From Geobacter metallireducens GS-15 (GTDB lineage Bacteria; Desulfobacterota; Desulfuromonadia; Geobacterales; Geobacteraceae), in contig NC_007517.1 in the NCBI RefSeq assembly GCF_000012925.1, positions 3,360,001 through 3,392,000 of the forward strand: a stretch of 32,000 nucleotides of DNA. The letters run 5' to 3'. A program made the position numbers and the translations under genes. Shown piece by piece: positions 18,520-26,730 of the stretch. Position 1 is the first letter of the stretch. Each line of letters begins with the position of its first letter. The notes below the pieces were generated by a model that saw only the letters and a program-made list of their open reading frames with translations, was not told the origin of the DNA and did not search any database.

Positions 18520-19377
18520 ATGGATTACTTCGGCGCCCACATGTCCATCGCCGGCGGTCTCCACAACGCCCCCGACCGGGGGGTGAAGGTGGGGTGCGGC
18601 GTCATCCAGATCTTCACCCAGAACTCCAACCAGTGGCGGGGGAAAATCCCCAGTGACTCCGACGTGGCCCTCTTCCGGGAGAAGTGGGCGGAATCGGGGC
18701 TCCACGAGATCATCTGCCACGACATCTACCTCATCAACCTGGCGGCCCCGGAGGGGGAGACCCGTGACAAGAGCCTCCTCTCCTTCCGGGAGGAGATGGA
18801 GCGTTGCGCCCGCCTCGGCATCGACAAGATCGTCATGCACCCGGGCGCCCATGTGGGAGACGGCGAGGAGACCGGCATCAAGCGCATCTGCGAGGCCTTC
18901 GACGCGCTCATCCCCGCGGTCCCCGAGTTCACCGGGAAGATCCTCCTGGAGACCACCGCCGGCCAAGGGACGAACCTGGGGTACACCTTCGAGCACCTGC
19001 GGGCCATCATCGACGGCTCCGCGCACCCCGACCGCTTCGCCGTCTGCTACGACACCTGCCACACCTTCGCCGCCGGCTACGACATCACTACGCCGGAAGG
19101 GTACAAGCAGGTCTTCGCCGACTTCGACCGGATCATCGGCATCGACAGGCTCCAGTGCTTCCACATCAACGACTCCAAGAAGGGGCTCAACTGCCGGGTC
19201 GACCGCCACGAGCACATCGGCCAGGGGGCCATGGGGCTCGAAGGGTTCCGCACCCTGGTCAATGACCCGCGATTCGCCAAGGTCCCCAAAATTCTCGAAA
19301 CCCCCAAGGGAGACAACGACGAGTTCGACGTCATGAACCTGAAGACGCTCCGGGGACTGATGGCAGGAAAGAACTGA
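18520..19377 (+). CDS. nfo: Endonuclease IV (AP endonuclease)
   Basis: 285 aa. GAHMSIAGG, IVMHPG.H, LLETTAGQGTNLG, CYDTCHTFAAGYD, HINDSK...DRHEHIG. Confidence 0.9.
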   Translation: MDYFGAHMSIAGGLHNAPDRGVKVGCGVIQIFTQNSNQWRGKIPSDSDVALFREKWAESGLHEIICHDIYLINLAAPEGETRDKSLLSFREEMERCARLGIDKIVMHPGAHVGDGEETGIKRICEAFDALIPAVPEFTGKILLETTAGQGTNLGYTFEHLRAIIDGSAHPDRFAVCYDTCHTFAAGYDITTPEGYKQVFADFDRIIGIDRLQCFHINDSKKGLNCRVDRHEHIGQGAMGLEGFRTLVNDPRFAKVPKILETPKGDNDEFDVMNLKTLRGLMAGKN

Positions 19378-19380
19378 GCG

Positions 19381-20196
19381 ATGCCCGACCTGATCGTTAC
19401 CGGCTCCCTCTGCACCCGCTGCGGCGCCTGCGTTGCCACCTGTCCCGCGCGGATTATCGAGCTGCCGAAGGGGGTGCCGCGTTTCACTGCCACTGGGGAA
19501 GCGCGCTGCATCATCTGCGGCCACTGCGAGGCGGTCTGCCCCACCGCCGCCCTGACGGTGAACGATCCCCGCCTTGACCCGACTGTGCCTCCACCACCCG
19601 AAGCCCCGCTCCCCCCTGAGATTCTGGATGCCTACCTGAGGATGCGGCGCTCCATCCGGCGTTTCCGGACCGAGGCGGTGCCCCGTAAGACCATCGAAAG
19701 CCTTCTGGACGTGGTCCGCTACGCCCCCACCAGCAGCAACAGGCAAGCCGTCAGGTGGCTGGTCATCCACGACACCGCTGAAGTGCGCCGGCTCACCGGA
19801 CTCGTCATCGACTGGTTCCGCTCCCGATTGGCGGACCCCTCCTGTCCGAACCGCACGACCCTGGCAGCGATGATCCGCTCCTGGAACAATGGCAGCGATC
19901 CCATCTGCCGCAATGCCCCCCACCTGGTCATCCCCTGCACCCCCCGGCAGCATTCGCTGGCCCCCTTCGACGCCACCATAGCCGCCGCCCATCTGGAAAT
20001 CGTAGCGCCGGCTCACGGCATCGGCACCTGCTGGGGAGGCTACTTTCAGATGGCCGCCGAGGTGTGGGAACCGCTGCGGCTTGCCCTGAACCTCTCCGAT
20101 GGGTACTATCCCGAATGCGCCCTGCTTCTCGGCTACCCCGCGACCACCTACCGCCGCCCCCCCAAACGCAACCGCCTCGACGTCACCTGGCGCTGA
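19381..20196 (+). CDS. Nitroreductase-family protein with an N-terminal 2x[4Fe-4S] ferredoxin domain
   Basis: CTRCGACVATCP and CIICGHCEAVCP, then RRSIRRFRTEAVP...APTSSNRQAVRW. Confidence 0.8.
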   Translation: MPDLIVTGSLCTRCGACVATCPARIIELPKGVPRFTATGEARCIICGHCEAVCPTAALTVNDPRLDPTVPPPPEAPLPPEILDAYLRMRRSIRRFRTEAVPRKTIESLLDVVRYAPTSSNRQAVRWLVIHDTAEVRRLTGLVIDWFRSRLADPSCPNRTTLAAMIRSWNNGSDPICRNAPHLVIPCTPRQHSLAPFDATIAAAHLEIVAPAHGIGTCWGGYFQMAAEVWEPLRLALNLSDGYYPECALLLGYPATTYRRPPKRNRLDVTWR

Positions 20197-20331
20197 GGAG
20201 TTCTCCCGGCAGTTCCAAGGCCGTTACCGGCATCTATTTTTTCTCAAGTATTCCTCGTTTCCGGCCGAAACTAATGAATAGACAAGTTGAACCACGCACT
20301 ACAGCTAAATGATCAAAAACCGGGGGTCAGG

Positions 20332-21678
20332 ATGGGTTGGAACCTGTTCAGAGGGCGAATTCGCCTTCCGTTACTTGCAGCTGCCATCGTATTTTTTTCG
20401 TTTCCTTTCCAGGTGTGGGGAGGGAGCGCTGCTCCCTCCGACGCGGAGCGGATCAGCGAACTGGAAAAACGCCTGGAAGAGCATGCAAAAATAATCGAGA
20501 AACTTGTGGAACGAATCCGGGAACTGGAGAAGAAGCCCCCCCAGGAAAGCCTTGAACCGGTTGCAGCGGCAGGTGCTTCTTCGCCGCCGGTGGAGGCCGT
20601 GGCGAATGCCCCGGCGGCCAGTGGAAGCGATTTGTCGATGTTCGAGGATGTCACGTGGCTCCACGGCTTTGCCGATGTCGGCCTCACCTACAGCGGGAGG
20701 CACCAGGGCGATAACGCGAAGAGGAAGGGTTTTTCCGTCGGAGCGCTGGACTTCTATCTGACTCCCCAATTGGGACCCCGGGTCAAGGGCCTTGCGGAGC
20801 TGATTTTCGAGGTGAATAACGAAGGCGAGACCATGGCAGAGCTGGAAAGGCTTCAAATCGGATACTCCTTCAACGATTATCTCACGCTCTGGGGCGGCCG
20901 ATATCACACCCCCCTGGGCTACTGGAATACCGCGTTTCACCACGGCAAACAGATCCAGACGACAATTCTGCGCCCTAAATTCCTTGATTTCGAGGAAGAT
21001 GACGGCGTGCTCCCGGTGCACATGACAGGGCTGTGGGGTTCCGGGTCGGTGCGGTTGGGCGACGGGAAGATGAATTATGACCTGTATGTGGCGAATGGCC
21101 CGAAAATAAAAGACCTAGCCACTGGGGGAGACGGAAGGCTTGAACCGAATTCGTTCACCGATGACAACCATAATCTGGCTCTGGGATTCAATGTCAGTTA
21201 CGACTTTTCGGGCGCGCTCGACGGCCTGAGGCTTGGCGCCCATGGACTCCGCACCGATGTGGACGGTTATGATGCGGCCGATCAGCGCCTGAGCCGCTCC
21301 GAGCTGAATATTCTTGGCGGTTACGGGATATACACCACCAATGACTGGGAGATCATCGGAGAGTTCTACCAGTTTCTCAACCGTGACCGGTCCGGCGGCA
21401 GCGGGTACCATTCCAGTGCCGCCGGCTTCCTGCAGGCGGGCCGGCTCATTGGCAGCTTTACCCCCTACGCCCGGTTCGAGTTCGCTTCCCTTGACCAGAA
21501 GGACAATTATTTCAGCAGGCTGAAGGAAGGTTCCTCTTACCGGCGTGGTCTTGCAGGGGTTCGCTTCGACCTGAGTCCGAAGACGGCGCTGAAGGTGGAG
21601 GGAGACCACACGCGCATCCTGAACCGTGAGCATGATGACTATTTCGAGATAAGTTCCCAGCTCGCCATCCATTTTTAA
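20332..21678 (+). CDS. Outer-membrane beta-barrel porin-like protein with an N-terminal coiled coil
   Basis: Signal peptide, coiled coil ISELEKRLEEHAKIIEKLVERIRELEKK, alternating beta-strand pattern, and a C-terminal aromatic residue (...QLAIHF). Start at the ATG at 20332. Confidence 0.65.
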   Translation: MGWNLFRGRIRLPLLAAAIVFFSFPFQVWGGSAAPSDAERISELEKRLEEHAKIIEKLVERIRELEKKPPQESLEPVAAAGASSPPVEAVANAPAASGSDLSMFEDVTWLHGFADVGLTYSGRHQGDNAKRKGFSVGALDFYLTPQLGPRVKGLAELIFEVNNEGETMAELERLQIGYSFNDYLTLWGGRYHTPLGYWNTAFHHGKQIQTTILRPKFLDFEEDDGVLPVHMTGLWGSGSVRLGDGKMNYDLYVANGPKIKDLATGGDGRLEPNSFTDDNHNLALGFNVSYDFSGALDGLRLGAHGLRTDVDGYDAADQRLSRSELNILGGYGIYTTNDWEIIGEFYQFLNRDRSGGSGYHSSAAGFLQAGRLIGSFTPYARFEFASLDQKDNYFSRLKEGSSYRRGLAGVRFDLSPKTALKVEGDHTRILNREHDDYFEISSQLAIHF

Positions 21679-21692
21679 AGAGAGAGCTCAGC

Positions 21693-22094
21693 ATGATGGC
21701 ACGATGCCTGGTTTTATTCACCGTCGCCCTGCTGGCCGCAAGTCTGGCCGGATCGGCGCGGGCCGAGATCTTCGTCGTGAGCAATAGCGGCACGTCCCTT
21801 GACTCCGATGAAATATTCGATGTGTTTCTCGGCGGCAAGCAGTTCAGCGGAGACACAAAACTGGTTCCAGTAGACAATGCCGCCGCCCACGAAGAGTTCC
21901 TGGCCAAGGTATTGCGGATGAGCCATTCGCGCTATACCGCCCTCTGGATACGAAAGTCGTTCAGGGACGGTACCCGCCAACCGCCTGTGAAGGCTGGTGA
22001 TACTGAAACCATTGAATTCGTGAGGAAAACACCCGGAGCGGTTGGCTATGTGAGAGTCCTCCCCAAAGGGCTCAAGGTTATCAGGTCCTATTGA
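21693..22094 (+). CDS. Small periplasmic PBP-like (phosphate-binding-protein-like) domain protein
   Basis: Signal peptide plus a ~110-aa domain (IFVVSNS...FLGGK...W....F......P......E..I.FV...PGAVGYV). Its stop overlaps the kinase start (TGATG). Confidence 0.55.
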   Translation: MMARCLVLFTVALLAASLAGSARAEIFVVSNSGTSLDSDEIFDVFLGGKQFSGDTKLVPVDNAAAHEEFLAKVLRMSHSRYTALWIRKSFRDGTRQPPVKAGDTETIEFVRKTPGAVGYVRVLPKGLKVIRSY

Positions 22095-24517
22095 TGGGCA
22101 ACGATATGAGAAACGACGTCAAATCACTCCGTGCGGGCATATTCTCAGAAATCATCATCGTCTTCCTCCCCCTGACGATGCTGCTCATCTATCAGACCGT
22201 CAGCGACATCACCGTCTCCGACAGGCTTGCCGACACCCATCGGCTCCTTGCCGCCTCGTCGTCGGCCTACCAGAGATACAGACTGTTCGTCAACGGCGTC
22301 GTTGATGCGATCGATACCGGCAGAGTCTCCGAGGATGCCGTCCACAACCTCGAACATACAACCGTTGAACTCAAGTCCATCACCACCGGGGACCGCAGCA
22401 GTGATTTCAGTTCCCTGGCGGCCAGGACAAACGCCCTGCTCGCGCACCTGAGGAAAGACCGCTCCTTCGGGAAGGTACTGCCGCTGCGGGATACCATCAA
22501 TGGGATCGATGCGGACCTGTCGGCGCTTGCCGCACAATGCGACGAAACAAATCGACAAATGATCCTGGAGAACATCAATTCCACCCAGTCCAGAAAGATC
22601 ATGGTGTTCACGGCCCTGGCACTGGGAGCACTCGTCACACTTGCCCTGATTGTCATGCTTATTCGGCATGTTACCCGGTTCGAGCTGGTCTTGCGGGAGA
22701 GCGAAGAGCGAATGCGGGTAATGTTCGAGTCGATCAACGCCGGCATTGTGCTCATCGATTGCGATAACAACAGCATCGTGGATGTCAATCCGACTGCGCT
22801 TCGCCTGCACGGGGGAACAAAGGAGGAATTGATAGGGTATCCGAGTGAGCGTCTCTTCCATGGGGACAATGTGCGGACAGATCCGGAGCATGACGAGGGG
22901 AAGGCAATCGACATATCCAAGGGGATGTTGAGCCTGTGCAATGGCGAACGCCTTCCCGTCCTTGAATCGGTCAACTACGTGGCCATAAACGGTCGCCGGT
23001 ATATGCTGAAAAGCTTTGTCGACCTGTCGAAACAGATGACCCTGGAAACCGAGCTCCTTGCCGCCAAGGAGGCTGCCGAGGCGGCCAGCAGGGCCAAAAG
23101 CATATTTCTCGCCAGCATGAGCCATGAAATCCGGACTCCCATGAACGCTATCATCGGCTATGCGCAACTGCTGAAGCGAGAAGGCAATCTTGCGCCACAA
23201 CAGGGACAATACCTCAATGTCATCAACAACAGCGGAGAGCATCTCCTCAAGCTGATCAACGACATTCTCGAAATGTCGAAAATCGAGTCCGGCACGGTCA
23301 ACCTCACGCCGGTTCCCTTCAATTTTCACAATCTGCTGCACGACGTGGAATCCCTGTTCGCCGACCGGGCCAGGCAGAAGAAGCTGCGGTTCGACGTCCG
23401 GTTGCAGGGCGAGGTACCCGTGGTGCTGGATGCGGATGAGATGAAAGTGCGCCAGGTCCTCATCAACATGATCGGCAACGCGCTCAAATTCACCGACGAG
23501 GGGACGATTGCCGTCACGGTTTCCTCCTCGACCGACAGCCCGGACAAAGAACGTGACACGTACGGCGAAACGGCCATAACCGTCGATGTCGAAGACTCGG
23601 GAATCGGAATCTCTGCCGAGGAGGCAGACCAAGTCTTTGCCCTGTTCGAGCAGACCGAAAGCGGCCGACGCAGGATAGGAGGAACGGGACTCGGCATGCC
23701 AATCAGCCGCCAGTTCGCCCGACTGATGGGAGGAGACCTGTTTCTTGTGCGCGGCGAGCCCGGCATCGGCTCGGCATTCCGTTTTGTCTTCAGGGCAAAG
23801 GCGCTGGACCTGGCGGAATTCAAGCAGCCGGCAGTCGATGAGCGGTTCTTCTGGCGGATTATCCCGGACGAAAAAGAATGGCGCGTCCTGGTCGTCGATG
23901 ACCAGGAGAACAACCGGAGCCTTTTGTCGCACATGCTCACCAGGGCCGGCTTTGCGGTTCGCGAGGCGGACGGCGGCATTGACGGCGTCGCCCAGTTTCG
24001 CGCCTGGCTTCCCGATATCGTTCTGATGGATATCCTGATGCCGGATATGGACGGCTATGAGGCCCTGCGGCAGATAAAGGCAACCTCAGAGGGGGGCGTT
24101 ACCCCCGTAATCGCCGTTACCGCCAGCGTCATGATGGATGAACATCAGAAGGCCCTCGATCTTGGATTTGACGGTTTCATCATGAAGCCGGTTTCCATGG
24201 AGTGCCTCTTCGAGGAAATCCGGCGTCTCACCAACGTGGCCTATCTGTACGATGACAGCAGGTCCTCCGGGGATGCGGCCGCGGAGATCCTTCCCCCCTG
24301 GGTTGACAGGCTGACCACGCTGCCGGACGTTCTCCTGGGGGCCATGCGTGATGCGCTTGAGGCGGGAGACATTGCTTCACTTCGGGGGCTCATCGAGCAG
24401 ATAGGCGAGTCCGAACCGATACCGGCCGAAGCGTTACGCCGCCTTGTCGATTCTTATTCCTACGACGAACTGACCACACTGCTTGCAGGGGGGGACGCCA
24501 GATATGCCAGCGCTTGA
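22094..24517 (+). CDS. Hybrid sensor histidine kinase/response regulator (periplasmic domain, PAS, HisKA, HATPase_c, REC, and a C-terminal helical tail lacking His)
   Basis: Two TM segments, H-box SMSHEIRTPMNAI, N/G boxes NMIGNALKFT and DSGIGI..GGTGLGM, and REC VLVVDDQENNRSLL...DIVLMDILMPDMDG. Confidence 0.9.
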   Translation: MGNDMRNDVKSLRAGIFSEIIIVFLPLTMLLIYQTVSDITVSDRLADTHRLLAASSSAYQRYRLFVNGVVDAIDTGRVSEDAVHNLEHTTVELKSITTGDRSSDFSSLAARTNALLAHLRKDRSFGKVLPLRDTINGIDADLSALAAQCDETNRQMILENINSTQSRKIMVFTALALGALVTLALIVMLIRHVTRFELVLRESEERMRVMFESINAGIVLIDCDNNSIVDVNPTALRLHGGTKEELIGYPSERLFHGDNVRTDPEHDEGKAIDISKGMLSLCNGERLPVLESVNYVAINGRRYMLKSFVDLSKQMTLETELLAAKEAAEAASRAKSIFLASMSHEIRTPMNAIIGYAQLLKREGNLAPQQGQYLNVINNSGEHLLKLINDILEMSKIESGTVNLTPVPFNFHNLLHDVESLFADRARQKKLRFDVRLQGEVPVVLDADEMKVRQVLINMIGNALKFTDEGTIAVTVSSSTDSPDKERDTYGETAITVDVEDSGIGISAEEADQVFALFEQTESGRRRIGGTGLGMPISRQFARLMGGDLFLVRGEPGIGSAFRFVFRAKALDLAEFKQPAVDERFFWRIIPDEKEWRVLVVDDQENNRSLLSHMLTRAGFAVREADGGIDGVAQFRAWLPDIVLMDILMPDMDGYEALRQIKATSEGGVTPVIAVTASVMMDEHQKALDLGFDGFIMKPVSMECLFEEIRRLTNVAYLYDDSRSSGDAAAEILPPWVDRLTTLPDVLLGAMRDALEAGDIASLRGLIEQIGESEPIPAEALRRLVDSYSYDELTTLLAGGDARYASA

Positions 24518-25589
24518 GCAGCCGCCCAATATCATGATAGTGGACGACACTCCTGCCAATCTCCGGCTTCTTGAAACGATGCTGCAGGAAAAGAATTACC
24601 GCGTGCTGTTGTTTCCACGGGCGGATATCGCCCTGAAAGCGGCGAAGAAAAATCCCCCCGACCTGGTGCTGCTCGACATCACCATGCCGGGAATGGATGG
24701 CTTCCAGTTTTGCGCGAGCCTGAAGGCGGACAGCCGTTTATGCTCCACTCCGGTAATCTTTCTCAGCGGCCTGAACGAGCCGGCGGATAAGGTCAAGGCG
24801 TTCAGCCTGGGGGGGGTGGATTACATAACCAAGCCGTTCCAGCTCGAAGAGGTCCATGCGCGGGTGGAAACCCATCTCAACCTTCGTCGTCTGCAGATGG
24901 AAGTGGAATCCCATAACCGCAACCTTGAGAGCCAAGTTGAGGCGTATGCGAAAGAGATTATCGCCTCCCAGATGGCGACCATTTTCGCCCTGGCGAAACT
25001 TGCCGAGTCCCGCGATGACAACACCGGCAAGCACGTCGAACGGGTTCAGATTTACTGCCGCCTGCTTGCGCAGCGACTGGCGGAAAAGGGACCGTACCGG
25101 GGAGAAGTCACCCCGGAATTCATCAACAACATAACCTTTGCAAGCCCGCTCCATGACATAGGAAAGGTGGCCATAGTCGACCGCGTGCTGCTTAAGCCCG
25201 ACAAACTGACAGCGGAAGAATTCAAGATCATGCAGACCCATACGGTAATCGGAGCGCAAACCCTTGCCACGGCCCTGGCAAAATATCCGCAGAACGAGTT
25301 TCTCCGTACCGGCATTGCCATAGCGCAGTCACATCACGAATGGTGGGATGGCACCGGTTACCCCGACGGGATCAAGGGGAGGGAAATCCCGCTCCATGCC
25401 CGCATCACCGCCGTCGCGGACGTTTACGACGCACTCCGTTCCAATCGATGCTATCGGTTGTCACTACCCCATGAGGAAGTCCGTGCAATGATTCTGGAAG
25501 GATCAGGCACCCAGTTCGACCCGGATGTGGTTGCAGCGTTCATCGAATCCGAGGATGAATTCTTTGCGATAAGCTGCGAATTGGGCTGA
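24504..25589 (+). CDS. Response regulator with an HD-GYP output domain (RpfG-type c-di-GMP phosphodiesterase)
   Basis: REC IMIVDDTPANLRLL...LVLLDITMPGMDG...KPF, plus HDIGKV and HHEWWDGTGYPDG. Overlaps the kinase gene by 14 nt. Confidence 0.9.
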   Translation: MPALEQPPNIMIVDDTPANLRLLETMLQEKNYRVLLFPRADIALKAAKKNPPDLVLLDITMPGMDGFQFCASLKADSRLCSTPVIFLSGLNEPADKVKAFSLGGVDYITKPFQLEEVHARVETHLNLRRLQMEVESHNRNLESQVEAYAKEIIASQMATIFALAKLAESRDDNTGKHVERVQIYCRLLAQRLAEKGPYRGEVTPEFINNITFASPLHDIGKVAIVDRVLLKPDKLTAEEFKIMQTHTVIGAQTLATALAKYPQNEFLRTGIAIAQSHHEWWDGTGYPDGIKGREIPLHARITAVADVYDALRSNRCYRLSLPHEEVRAMILEGSGTQFDPDVVAAFIESEDEFFAISCELG

Positions 25590-25651
25590 TGGGGCACCGG
25601 TAGAGGCTGGTCGGCAACGGGAGACCTGGCGCTGAGGCAGTCGCAGGGCCG

Positions 25652-26101
25652 TCAGGCGTTTGCGTCGGTCTTCTCGGCACTCGCATGCACCCCGGCAGGG
25701 GGAGCAGCGGCCTTCGCGAATGCTTCGAGCTCGAAGCGGTTGTGCAGGTACGGATTGCGCCCCAGCAGTTTTTGAACGGCACTGGAGCCGAGGTAGAGGG
25801 GAATGAGGAGGATGCCCCACCGCTCGTACTGGCGGACATGGACATGCTCGTGGGTGCGCAGCTGCGCCAGGAGGGAGTGATCGAGCCCGATCACCACATG
25901 GCCGAAGGTAATGGCCTCGAAGTGGAAGATGCGGGGGAGCAGGGGAAAGAGGCGAAAGAGCTTGCCGCCGGCCACCTCGACCACCCCGTCGGCCACGCGG
26001 CAGGTGGCCCCCAGACATATCGCGACAGCCGCCAGGAGAAGCCCCAGAACGCTTGCGGGAGAGGCCCACAGGTAGCGGAGAATGAGAAGCAAACGGTTCA
26101 T
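25652..26101 (-). CDS. Hypothetical small membrane protein with an HExxH motif (THEHVHVRQYERWG)
   Basis: 149-aa ORF with host-like GC and an N-terminal TM segment. It starts 31 nt downstream (on the minus strand) of the last attC. Confidence 0.55.
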   Translation of the reverse strand: MNRLLLILRYLWASPASVLGLLLAAVAICLGATCRVADGVVEVAGGKLFRLFPLLPRIFHFEAITFGHVVIGLDHSLLAQLRTHEHVHVRQYERWGILLIPLYLGSSAVQKLLGRNPYLHNRFELEAFAKAAAPPAGVHASAEKTDANA

Positions 26102-26132
26102 GGCGGGAAAGGGAACTGTTCCAGAAAGAGCA

Positions 26133-26199
26133 CGGCAACCCGCGTCAGGCTTCAGGGGTTGGAGCGATAGCGACGGTGCACTGGAAGTTACAGTTGGAC
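26133..26199 (-). other. Integron attC recombination site (distal, slightly divergent copy)
   Basis: Minus strand: GTCCAAC-tgtaaCTTCCAGtgcaccgtcgctatcgctccaaCCCCTGAAGcctgacgcgg-GTTGCCG. Same architecture and core as the attCs at 29243 and 30026. Starts right after the higA stop. Confidence 0.7.
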
Positions 26200-26502
26200 T
26201 CAGGCGGCCTTGTTGAAAGGCTTAATTTCCTGCTCCAATGTGTCTTCGGCGTCACGCGCCACTTCAAGGTCGTAGTGTGCCTGCAAGTTGATCCAGAATT
26301 GGGCGGTAGTTCCGAAATACCGGCCAAGGCGAAGCGCGGTGTCTGCCGAGATGCCGCGCTTTTCCAGAACGATTTCATTTATACGCCGCGCAGGCACATG
26401 AATTTCCTTGGCGAGCCGATACTGACTGATGCCCAACGGAACAAGAAACTCTTCTCTCAGGATTTCGCCGGGATGAATGGGCGGAAAATCTCTTTTGCTC
26501 AT
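26200..26502 (-). CDS. higA: HigA-family antitoxin (HTH_XRE, addiction module antidote protein)
   Basis: 100 aa. PIHPGEILREEFLVPLGISQYRLAKEIHVPARRINEIVLEKRGISADTALRLGRYFGTTAQFWINLQ. Confidence 0.85.
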   Translation of the reverse strand: MSKRDFPPIHPGEILREEFLVPLGISQYRLAKEIHVPARRINEIVLEKRGISADTALRLGRYFGTTAQFWINLQAHYDLEVARDAEDTLEQEIKPFNKAA

Positions 26503-26511
26503 GACTCACTC

Positions 26512-26568
26512 CCTAATGGTAGTCCACAATCTCCACTTCAAAGGCGTTACCGTCCCGCCAACGAAATA
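26512..26568 (-). pseudogene. higB: HigB toxin remnant: only the last 18 codons (LFRWRDGNAFEVEIVDYH*), preceded by an in-frame TGA
   Basis: My own translation of the minus strand. It matches the C-terminus of the intact HigB at 1-278 at 15 of 18 positions. The stop is 9 nt before the higA ATG. Upstream sequence (26572-26730) is AT-rich with no HigB similarity. Confidence 0.7.
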
Positions 26569-26730
26569 ATCACCGGCGCAAGGAACGAGCGTCCGGTGTA
26601 TTACCTGGTTATGCACTTATGCCCTGTCAACGTGCTGTTTATGCTGTCTTTTGTTACGTGTTGACCCTATTGCCCATCGCCTTTTACTTAATAATTCACT
26701 GATTTATGATCGTACCAGACTCGCGTACGG

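Noticed and set aside
20197-20331. A possible intrinsic terminator after the nitroreductase gene (GCCG-ttac-CGGC followed by ATCTATTTTTT).
   Set aside because: The stem is only 4 bp, too weak to call.
26626-26665. A GTCAAC...GTTGAC pseudo-palindrome between the BNR-lipoprotein gene and the higB remnant, considered as the missing attC.
   Set aside because: At 40 bp it is shorter than known attC sites. The interior is not palindromic and it bears no resemblance to the three family attCs. It is kept only as a possible degenerate relic.
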